Assembly (NCBI GenBank): GCA_024137785.1
Contig: JAHRHZ010000081.1
Coordinates: 15,323,245 to 15,387,244, forward strand
Reading direction: 5' to 3'
Source: Ginglymostoma cirratum
Taxonomy: Eukaryota
Length of the DNA stretch: 64,000 nt
The position numbers were made by a program, and so were the translations under genes. Under the pieces are notes generated by a model that saw nothing but the letters and a program-made list of their open reading frames with translations, had not been told where the DNA came from and did no database searches. Below are positions 48,444-60,500 of this stretch, piece after piece. How positions within the stretch are numbered: position 1 is the stretch's first letter; every line of letters begins with the position of its first letter.

Positions 48444-48522
48444 ATGAAGAAAATGACACCAATACACCTCTGGATAGTGCTAGTCACTGCCTGGATTGAC
48501 CTTTTCCACCTCCCACACACAT
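48444..48522 (+). CDS. duox: duox start exon, signal peptide (exon probably begins 48370)
   Basis: aaaATG; [26 protein letters not shown] + T|gtgagt; phase 1 joins the next exon; no upstream ATG in 48370-48443. Confidence 0.7.
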
Positions 48523-51500
48523 GTGAGTCATCTTGCTTTTTTCAATGTTGACCATTGTGGACTTAAGTCATAGACTGCTATAGAGTGGAAAAGATAGTTG
48601 GTGGTGGCAGTTTGGAATTCACTGCCTTAGAGGGTTGTAGAGGCAGGAAGTCTCATAATATTTAAGATTTACAAGAATGTTGCCAGGTTTGGAGGGTTTG
48701 AGCTATAGGGAAAGGTTGATTGGCTAGGGTTATTTTCCCCAGAGTGTCAGACGCTGAAGGGTGATCTTATAGAGGTTTATAAAATCATGAGGGGCATGGA
48801 TAGGATGAATAGCTAAAGTCTATTTATCAGGTGTGGAAAGTCCAAAACTAGACGGGCACAGGTTTAAGATGAGAGGGGAAAGATTTAAAAGGGGCCTGAG
48901 GGGCAACTTTTTCATGTAGAAGGTGCATGTATGGAACAAGCTGCCAGAGGAAGTGGTGGAGGCTGGTACAATTACAACATTTAAAAGGCACCTGGATGGA
49001 TACATGAGTAGGAAGGGTTTAGAGAGATATGTGCCAAATGCTGGCAAATGGGACTAAGTCAGATTGGGATGTCTGATCGGTGTGGACAAGTTGGATCAAA
49101 AGGTCTGTTTCTGTGCTGTACAGCTCTATGACTCTAAGTATTGAGGTGTACACAAGATATGTAAAGCTATGAGCCGAGTGGTGGAAAATGGGATTAGAAT
49201 AGTTGTTTTTGACCAGTCTTGACGGACCAAAGAACTTTTTTCTGTGTTATAGATCGCTATATGATTCTATAAGTACCTGTGTTAGCTCTTAGACATTTTT
49301 AACCAGTCTGCTAAGACATATTATGACATGCCTCTAGACCAGTTTGGACCTGAATCCATACTTCAGAAGTAGGGACAATGCAACAATGCCACAATAGCCT
49401 CCCACACTCGTCCAGCTCTTATGCTTATTCTTTCTTGATGGGAATATGGACATTTAGAACATAGAACATTACAGAGCAGTACAGGCCCTTCGGCCCTCGA
49501 TGTTTTTTTTTTAATCAATGTTGCACATAATTATTTAAAAATATTCCATTTACACAAGTTTGTCACAGTACGATTCTTAAATTTTTAAAGTTTATTGTGG
49601 AAACATGTGCTTTAGTTAACCATAGTTCGTTTGGCATGAATAGCATAAAATAGTTACCAGTAGTTTTTTTCCCCCCAATGTATTAGAAGGAACATTTTGT
49701 TGAAAAGGCAAAAAGTCTGAGGCACAGCTTTACAAACCAGATACAAAAAAATCAGAAATATAATGTTCAACTTGCATGAACAAGACATCACTAAAATACA
49801 AAAATCCCTTTATCTTAAATCAACTGTTAAAAATATAGTGTATAAATTGCAATGATGTGGTTCAAGTCAGTAGAAATGCATTTTACAGTTTCAAAGCTTA
49901 CAAATAGGCTCAGATATAAAATTTCAAGTGCTTGACAACTTACCTTGAGAAGTGGAATATGAAAATTGCGTTGTAACAGTAGAAAGGAACTTTAAAACAG
50001 ATCACAAGATACAGGTGAGACAGGCCATCCAACCCTTAATCATGTAACTTCACTGACTCTTGAAAGAGTCCAAGGTTTTTTGCTTCATGAATCCAAGACG
50101 CTCATTTCAGGCATTAATGGGCAATGCTCAAAGGCCAACCTCAGACCTATGCTCAAATGTTTCCTTCTGCAGTTTCAGCCTATTTAACATTTTCTATTAT
50201 CCCACCCAGCATGTCTACATGTTTTTGGCCAGACAAGGAGTTATCGCCCATCCTTAATCTTTCCAGAGATTGTCTTTGTTTCAGCATCACAGACTAACGT
50301 CCATTTTCTGATAATTTATTTCAAGTTACGAAACTTGTTTGCAATGTGATAATGAATCAGTTTCTTGTTTATTGACCAACCTGCCTGGGTTTTTAACAGC
50401 TTAAGTCATAAGGTGGGGACTTAAAGCCAGGACCTTATGTTTCAGGGACCAGAGTACTGCCAACTGAGCCACAGCTTAACTCTTACTGCTTAGTCTCCAC
50501 CTTGTCCCTCAGTGCCATTGCTCTCTCCACATAATCCTGCAATCGACTCCATATACTAATTGTACTGCAATATATTCAATATTTGAAAGTGCAGCCATCA
50601 CATTGAATTATTCTTGAATGATTTATAAATTATAAGTTTTTTTGTGGACATGCACAGATCTATTCCCTTATTAATTAGAATGTGTTTCAAAGTAGGGCTT
50701 CACTTGTCAATGTTTATTCATTTCATATGACGTGTGCTTTACTTGAATGATTAATCTGAGCACTTTCATGTTGGTTACTTAATATCATTTCTCTCTTAGC
50801 TGCTCAGCAGAACATCAACTGGGAGACACAGAGATATGATGGATGGTATAACAATCTTGCCTTTCATAGTCGAGGAGCAGCTGGTAAGAAGCCATCTCTT
50901 CAATGCTTGGTCAATTTCTAATTCACAAGCAAACATATAACTCATCTTTAGCTTGAATTAGTTCCAAATATTTAAGTTGTATGTTAATATCGGTGACATT
51001 CAGTATGGAATCAGTGGAGCTTGAATTAAGAACTTGAATGGGGTTTGGTATCAGTACTCACCAGCGTACATGGTATTACCATAATTTTCATTCTAAAAGT
51101 TTGCTTCCTGAAATACACCAGTTACTAAAAGCTGAAGTCTCCTTAGACAGAAAGAGAAACATGCGGTGTGTTTAACCTGAGGGTCTTCACATCTCAGGCA
51201 AAGTTGAGAAGGTGGCACCTTCATTGTAACCTCAGCCACTATAGGAATTGAACCCACAGTGTTGGCATTACTCTGCATCACAAACCAGCCATCCAGGAAA
51301 CGGAGCCATCAACTATTAAAGCATCATTTGGTTGTAGGGAACGTTAACATGGCTAAAAGAAGACAAGAACTCAAACACTTTTGTCTTGAACTTGTTGCGA
51401 CTAGGAAGCAAGAAATGAACTGGAGAAGAGGGAGACCCTGTTCTTGGGCCAGGCAGGTAGACTCTGATTGGTCAGATTATATTGATAGCTAACTGTTCTT

Positions 51501-54500
51501 GCTGTGTCTCCAAGCTCAACCAATCCGCACCCTCTCCTCATGCTGTCCATTTTTTCTAGTCTGGTTTTTTGTGTCCTTGTCCCAGTTGAGTGCAAGGCAA
51601 AAAGCTTCAACTCCTTGCCTCATCTCAACAATATCCCAGAATCTTAGACAAATAGAAGATTTACAGCACACAAGAATCCTGTTTGACCCATTGTATCTGG
51701 CTGAAAAATAATTTTCCAGTCAAATCCAACTTTCTGGTACTTGATCAGTAGCCCTGTAGATACAGCACTACAGGTGTATTTCCAAGAATTTTTTCTTGAA
51801 AATGATGAGGTTTCTAGTTGCTACTACCTTTTTTTTCAGGTAATAGGTTCCAAACCACCACCCTCTGGGTGAAAAACAATTTTTTTTGAGCTCCCTTGTG
51901 CCTTCTGACAATTTCTTTAATTTTATCCATTCTTGTTATTGACCCCATTGTTAACAGAAATAAGTCCTTCCCATAACCTCTCTCTAGGTTCCTCAAGTTT
52001 ATACACCTCACTGAAACTCTACCTTAGTGCCAAAGCAAACATACCCACCTTGTCCAAGTTTTCCCCACAGCTAAAAGTTCTCCAATACTGATAGAATCGT
52101 TGTAAATCTCTAGCCTAGTGCAATTACCCCTTCCTGTAATGTTGTGAGCTGAATGGTATGCAGTACTCTAACTGTGGTCTATCCACTGTTTTATATAGGG
52201 CTACTTAGCACTACCACCATCGGGGTACGGGCTCCTTGTGTAGATATTTTTAATTCAGACACACTTCTGGTCTAGGTGGAATCTCTTATTTATTGGATGT
52301 GAGCATTACATGTAAGGGCGTCCTTTTATTGCTCACCTCTAACTGCCCTTGAGAGTTAAGAGTTGACCAGATTGCTATGGATTGGATGGATATTTCCTCC
52401 CCTGAAGGACATGAGTGAACCAGACAGCTTTTTGCAATGCCTAATGATAATTTCACGCTTATTATTCCTGGCTTGCAAATCCAGATTTATCAGTTCAAGT
52501 TCCACCAGTGGCCACTGTAGGATCCTTCCACCACAGCATTGGCTTAGAGTACAGCCCAATGACATGACATTACACTGCCACTTTCCCTAGTTTGTCTGAG
52601 TAAAACCTGCTTCCCTTAAAGCAGCTACAAATTTACCATTGAATTAATGGTTTTAGCAATGTGAAGCCCAAACTATTCCTTTGCTTTTAGTGTCTAGTAG
52701 TTCCAGTTATATCTTCACAGAAACAAGAGGTGCAAAGCTACCGCACTTCAGGTTGGGGAGGAGACACAATAAGAGAAATGCTCAACAGGATACAAGCAGA
52801 AGGACAGCACTGTGGCTCAGTGGTAAGCACTGCTGCCTCACAGCGCCAGGGAGGCTCAGTGGTTAGCACTGCTGCCTCACAGTGCCAGGGAGACGGGTTC
52901 AGTCCACCCTCAGTGGAGTTTGAACATTCTCCCCATGGGTTTCCAAAGATGCTGCGGTTTCCCCCCACAGTCCAAAGTTGTGCCGGTTAGAGTGGATTGG
53001 CCATGCTAAGTTGCCCATAGTGTCCAAGGATGTGCAGCTATGTGGGTTAGCCATGGGCAATGCAGGGTTACAGGGATAGGGGTGGGGAGTGTGGTTCTGG
53101 GCGGGATGCTCTTCAGAGAGTCAGTGTGGACTCGATGGGCTGAGTGGCCTGTTTTCACACTGTGGGGATTCTATGACTTACAAGGTGTGGTCGCAGTGGG
53201 ATTATAGCTGGCAATCAGCTGCATATCTGAGGTGAAAAAAGAACCCTGATGTTTATAGGAAATGCCCACTCTCTGCAGCTGAACGTCACTATTGTAATAG
53301 GAGTTGTTTTTTTTGGCAAAGTGCTGCTCACTGAACCATGCTCCACTGTGCCTGATAATTTCTAGGGAACAAGTTGTGCGCAGGGGTAATTATTGCAGTG
53401 CATGGTTGGTCAGTCAAAATAATATGCTGCTTCCCCTGCAATATAATAATGTGCGTTTCTTTTTGCAGAATCGCCTTTTATGCGTCGGTTGCCTGCTCGG
53501 TATGCTGATGGGGTGTACCAGGCTTTCAGTGAGCCAAAAGTGCCGAATGCACGAATCCTCAGTAATATCATATCAAAAGGATCAACAGGACTTCCTTCCA
53601 TCAAGAACAGCACGGTGCTTAGTGTTTTCTTTGGTAAGGATTCAGGCTATGAGGATGCGCACAGCTCCAGTGTTACAAGAACAAGGGAAGGGAGTTACCT
53701 ATGGCTGTTCTCTCTATCTAATTGTGCTTACAATCCAGCCACCAGGCCTTTACAAGCACAATTGCTACATGTGGTGACCAGAGAGAAACTTCCTCTTGCA
53801 TCCTCAATTCATTTATTTTATTCACTCATGAAATGTGGATGTCTCTGGCTAGGCTAGCATTTATTGCTCATCTCTAATTGCCCAGAGGCCATTTAGGAAT
53901 CAACCACATTACTATGGGTTAGAAGTCACGCGTAGGCCAGACTAGGTAAGGAAGGCAGATTTCTTTCCCTACAGGACATTAGCAAGCCAGATGGCTCTTT
54001 TTCCCCCAACAATTGCAATGGTTTCATTGTCATTTTTTGACCCTTATTTCCAGACTTCTTATTTAATTCAAATTCTACCATCTGCCAGGCAGGATGTGAA
54101 CCCAGATGGCCAGAACATTAGCTGAGTGTCTGGATTAGCAATAATGCCACTAGGGCTATTGCCTCCCCTTTCCATCTAATCTATTTGCCAGTATCTTGAC
54201 TCCTCTGGTGTGAGAGGAATATGGAGTGGAAGGTAATTGTTGAAAAGTTGGAAGGTTTATTTTGTAAGAATTCATCTTACTTAAGACATACTTGGAAAAA
54301 GGAGTATCCTGGTTTCTATGTACCGTGACATTGTAAATGCATCTATGGTGGAAGTGCTGGTAAAGTGCAGCATCTATCTTCATAGCTGTGTTTTTCCTAT
54401 CTGTCTATCCATTCTTTTTATTTTTGTCAGCTTAGTTCATGTAGTTCAATTACAAAGTTCACTAGAATTAATGAAAATTAGCTTTTTCCCCACAGCAAAA

Positions 54501-57500
54501 ATAAATCCTTGAATTAGAGCTGGGGAAATTCATTTTGAAATGGAGCACCTTGCATGTAAATAAGAGGATAAATTAATGGGGAGATGCTACAAGTGATTAG
54601 ATGTAGGCCCCATGTAGAGAAGAAAAATTTTTGGAGCAGAAATGAATGATTTGGATCTCAAAATCACATGCAAACTGACAAGTTGTTTGTTTATCAATTT
54701 AATAGAATTGGAAAAATGACCAGTTTTCCGCGACTGAGCACATTATTCAAGTGGGTTTAAAGCCAAGGTGAATGTTTCATTGCTGCTTCAAGAAATCCTG
54801 AGACCTTTCCCTCAGTTTGACAGGAGTTTCTTTAATAGATTTACTAGTTTGGTTTTGAATGAGAAATTATATGATAAATAATCATTTTATTTTGCTCTTC
54901 CATACTCCTGCAGGATACCATGTAATGTTTGAGATTTTAGACACAAGGCATCCTGCCTGCCCCCCTGAGTTCATGGATATTGTAATTCCACATGGCGACT
55001 CAGTTTTTGACCCCAATGGGACGGACGGTGTGAGGCTACTGTTTCAGCGAAGTGGGTGGGATCGCCGCTCAGGGCACAGCCCCAACAATCCGAGGAACCA
55101 GGTAAGAGGGCTAAGTGGAGAAGAACGGTCAGAAACACATTAGAACTTCTAACCAATCAAAGTAATGACCTCTAGCCCCACCAAGTGTGTACAGAAGGGA
55201 CAGATCACGTCAGCTGGTTGAGGGGGCACTTCAGAATCTGCCTTCTGTCTCTTTCTTTTCCTTTCTGAGTGTACCTCTGAGATCTATACACAGCAGCAAT
55301 TTCTGAAACCGGATGTCAATGCGACTGCTTAGAGGCAACAGGGTTCAGGAAATGTCAGCGCAAGAACTGCAGACATCTCCACGTTCCCTGCGCCCTGGTG
55401 TCAGCACCAGTGCAGGCGCAGAGGTCCCAACTTTATTTCACATTTAAAGATGATGGCCAGTCCCCTGTGCTACCTTGGCCATTCCCTGTCGAGTTCCCTG
55501 ATGGTTTCTCATTGCCTAGCCTGCGAATTAGTGCCAGCAGAGATGTTAGGAAGCATTTCTACATACAAATTGTGGTAGGTGTTAGGAACTCTGTTCCAAA
55601 ATAAAATGGCAGTGGACGCTGGATCATTTGTTGATTTTATATCTTGAGATAGATGAAGTTTTGTTAAACAAAGATATTAGAGGATAAGGGCCTAAGGAAT
55701 TTCTCCACATGATATCATTTAATGGTGGATCAGCCTCAAAGGGCTGAATGGCCTAGTCCTGTTCTTGTCTTCTGAAGTTCTGGGGCAAGGCAGGGGGCAC
55801 AGGCAAGGGTCGAAGTGCCCGTTGGTACCTAATGTCATCTGTTTTGAATCTTTATGGCATTTGTTTTTCCTTCTTGGTGGTGAATAGTTAAATTATTTAT
55901 CTAATCCATTGCAGAGCCTCAGCGAATATCTTCTGCCCCAGGAATTGGTCTCCAGGGTGCCACCCAAATACCTTGGCAAAAAAAATTACAGGACAATAGC
56001 AAATGGCAGTTTCCCATTTTGTTTGAAATCTTTCACTTATTAAAGACGTCAGAAAACTATTCAACGCTTCCAAATGATATTGGCTTCCTCTTCGCACACA
56101 TGTAATCTTTGTGCCACCTTCAGCGTTAACAGATACACAGTACTTCTGAATGTTCTCCTTCCGCACAGCAAAGACATCAAAAATACCTACCCACTGCTGA
56201 GACCTTAAACTCTATTTCGTGCTGCCCATTTGCACCCACAGCAGCCCCTGTACATTAAAATGATTCTGTATGAAGGTATTGAGATAATAGAGATGTAGAA
56301 TGTACTAAGGAAATGCAAAATTTGTTTCATCCTTTACCGTGATTTTGGGGTGAGATATCTGAGCCCTGTTGCAATTACATTATTAGTCTAATGCTTATTT
56401 TATTTTTCATTGCCAGTTATCTTCTGTATTTAATTGTGCAAGTGTTGACCTGATTTTTTTTTTGTGTAGAGATGGAGGGACTGAGAATTTAATACGTTTA
56501 ATGTATTAAATTGGCACCTCAGTTAGTGTCCATATAGCACATTGTCTCAACACTATTGCCAATTAGAGGCCACAATGGACAAGAAAAACAAAGAGGTTGT
56601 TATTGTGTGCAGAGACAAAATAACTGCAGATGCTGGAATCCAAGGTAGACAAACAGGAGGCTGGAAGAACACAGCATCTGGAGGAAGGGAGAAGTCAATG
56701 TTTTGGGTATTACCCTTCTTCAGGACTCTGATTATTTATTGGTTATTATGTACATATCTTTCAAAGCATTCACCTAAAAAGACTCTACATGCTGTCTGTA
56801 TACACTATTGAAACTCTGTCTGATAGTCTGCTATAGGTTTGCAAGCTGCACACACAGAAAGCAATTGACTTGGTGTAATGCCTGCTTCTTAACTTATAAT
56901 ATGTTTTACTTTTTTAATTAAACTGGCCCACACATCAAGCAGTCACTGAAAAGCAATTGATTATTAGACCATTGTCATTCACATAACAATGATTAGCAAA
57001 CATGGCTTAGAAGAGGAAGATAAAGAGGAAAGGTAGCAGGCTATACCAGGAATAGGCAGATCAATGAAGTTAATGAACCTGTCAGAGACAGAAAACTGAA
57101 TCAGATGGACTTTGTAACTTTTTCTTTCTGTTGGCTTGTTCTTAATTCATTTCCATTCATTTTCAACAGCTCAATGAAGTCACCGCATGGATAGATGGAA
57201 GCTCCATTTATGGATCTTCCCATTCGTGGTGTGATGAGTTACGAAGTTTCTCTGGTGGTCGACTTGCATCTGGCTCAGACCCACTGCTTCCAAAACCCAG
57301 TACTGGAAAGTTGCCTATGTGGAATCACCCTGATCCAACCACTGGCCAGACTGGCCTCCAAGGATTTTACGGTGATTATATATCATTTTGAACTTGTGAC
57401 AAGTGAATAATAGCAATTAGTCTTTATAATTTGTTGTATGTACTGCTGTGGTCAGTATCATGCCAATGTAAAACAGGCAGATGCAGTAATATTGAATATT

Positions 57501-60500
57501 GTATTGTTCAATTTCATTAAGGGTAAATTCTAAGAAAACACAACTCATGGGCTAATGTTTGCTTGAGCTAGGTGAGTTTAATCTATTAAAAGCTCGTTCA
57601 ACTTGCTTATCAACTTTAAAATGTTCCACATAATTAGAGTTCTGAGTACATAAAATCTAAGTAAATAATTGAAGTTTACTTTGTGCATTGTTTTTTTGGG
57701 GACGTAACCAGAAAGTTTAATGAAGGCAGGGTGTTAGATATTGTCTACATCACTGTGGTAAAGCCTTTGACAAGGTTCCGCATAGCAGACTCGTTAGTAA
57801 GGTTGGATTGCATGGGATTCAGGGAGAGCTTGCCAATTGGATACAAAATTGGCTTCCTGGTAGGAAGTAAAGGGTGGTGGTAGAGGATTGTTTTTCAGAC
57901 TGGAAGCTTGTGAGCAGCAGTGTTCCACAGGGATTAGTTCTGGGTCCACTTTTGTTTGTAATTTATATAAATGATTTGGATGAGAATTTAGGATGTATGG
58001 TTAGTAAGTTTGTGGATGACACCAAAATTGGAGTTGTAGTCGAGAGTGAAGAAGGTTATCTAAGATTACAAAGGGATCTTGATCAATTGGACAATAGGCC
58101 AAGGAGAAGCAGTGGAGTTTAATTTGGATAAATGCAAGGTATTGCATTTTGGTAAAAAGAACAAGGGCAGGACTTATATGGTTAATGGTAGGGCCCTGTG
58201 TAGTGTTGTTGAACAAAGAGACCTAGGAGTTCAGGTACATAGTTCTTTGAAAGTTGCATCACAGGTAGACAGGGTAACTAAGAAGGCATTTAGCACACTT
58301 GCCTTCATTGCACAGACCACTGAGTATAGGAGCTGGGACGTCATTTTAAGGCTGTGCATGGCATTGGTAAGATCACTTTTGGAGTACTGTGTACAGTTCC
58401 GGTCACCCTGCTATAGGAAGGATATTATTAAATTGGGGAGGGTTCAGAAAAGATTTACCAGGATGTTGCCGGGACTGGTGTGTTTGAGTTACAGGGATAG
58501 ACTGGGACTTGTTGCACAGGTGCGTAGGAGGTTGAGGGGTGGTCTTACAGGGGTTTATAAAATGATGAGGAGCATAGAAAAGATGAAAAGCAAAAGCCTT
58601 TTCCCAAGGATGGATGAATTCAAAATTAAGGGACATATTTTTAAGGTGAGAGGAGAAAGATTTAAAAGGGACAGAAGGGCAACATTTTCACACAGAGGGT
58701 AGTTTGTGTGTGAAATGAACTGCCAGAACAAGTAGCAGATACAGGTAAAGTTACCACATCTAAAAGATATTTGGATAGGTACATGAATAGGAAAAGTTTA
58801 GAGAGAAATTGGCCAAACACAGGAAGTGAGACTAGTTTGGAGAAACTAGTTGGCATGGATGAATCAGACTGAAGGGTCTGTTTCTGTACTGTATGACTCC
58901 ATGATTCTATGACTAACCTCTCACAAGGTAAATCAACTGGTTAGAGTTTTGCTGAGAAACCTAACATCTTAAGTGAATGGGAAAATGGTACATCAAATTG
59001 AAAGACCATCATGGAATAAGATATAGGTGCCATTTTTCTCACCACTGAATTTTTGACCTCAGCTCATCATGGTTAGACAAGGCAAAATTTGGAGAACAAG
59101 TGCTTTACTGCATAGGAAGGTAAAATGAGCAGGAGAGGCATTTCCATTGTGTCTCTGTACATTCCCACGAAGCAACCTTATACAAGGAGGCTTGGGGAAA
59201 AATGCATCTCACCCACAGTTATTTAATGGCTGTGGGAGATCATGACCAGGAGAAGAATATAACTTCCTGCACCCACAAATCTGATTTCATATGGTGCCAA
59301 TTCAGTCCCTAACACCTTACACAAGTCATAAGACCAAACATAGTTTTTGCCAAGTTCTAAAGGTAGCAAAATCCATAGTCTTTAAAGAAGATAGCTAGAA
59401 AATTTAACAGTACTGTCAATTTTCTGTGGCATGTCCAGGCTTGTGATCATTTTCAAGTTTGCCAATCCTCCAGTACTCTATGGAGGCCCTCAACGTCTCA
59501 AAAGGCATTTTCAGATTTCAAAGAGAGGATGGGAAAGAAGACATGACCTTTGTTGGCTTTATTTGATCATCTATATTGAAAGAGGTTTGTTAATGAGGAT
59601 TTAATTGTAGATATGTTCTAACCAACCTGTTCAGAGATGTTATTATACACCTCTAGAATGGGCATGACTTTACTACAGGTCACCTAGTCCAGAGATAAGG
59701 GAATTACCACTGCATTGCCAGAACCTCCATGGATATAATTGTATTCTGGTACAAATTCTCTGTAAGGGAATAGAATACAAATTAGAAAAATACACTCTAG
59801 TGAACCTCTGACAGTCCTTTAATGAAGGTACAATTCTGTTCTAGATTTTGGAAATGCGGCAGCCAACGAAAGCCCATTCATCATGGCAGAGAGTGTCATT
59901 TGGTTCCGCTATCACAATTACCTGGCTTCTCAGTTTGAAGCTCTGAACCCCTTGTGGTCTGATGAAGATATATTCCAGCATGCTAGAAAATGGGTGATTG
60001 CCTCATTTCAGGTAATTTGGTGAAAACCCAAAATTACAATATAAATCATACAGTCTACACCAGCATTCTTTTCAAATCTTATGATGAGCTTGCTCAGCAC
60101 CCCTGTCCTACCTAATAACTTTCTGAGATCTCTGCACTCCTCCCAGTCTGGCCTCTTACCCATTCCTGATTTTAATTATTCCAGTGTTGGCAATTGTATT
60201 CTTACTCACCTAGACCCTAGGGTATCCCAAATTCTTTTTCCAAACCACTCCTCCCCTATTTGCCCCTTCCCCTTCTTTCTTAAAGTCAACCACTTTAACT
60301 GAAGTCACCATTCCCAATATCTCTACGTATGCCAAATGTTGCTACTCCCTGTTATGGATTGTTTTAAAGACATTATTTATTCAGATGACAAGCTGATGTT
60401 CCATGCTAAGCATAAACCTAGCCTCTACCTCTCCACTAACCATTAACTTTGTCTTTGCAGAACATTATACTTTATGAGTGGTTACCAAAATACCTGGGAG

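Noticed and set aside
53304-53777. 157-aa ORF overlapping a duox exon
   Set aside because: Alternative frame of the real exon 53469-53633 running into introns; no independent support.
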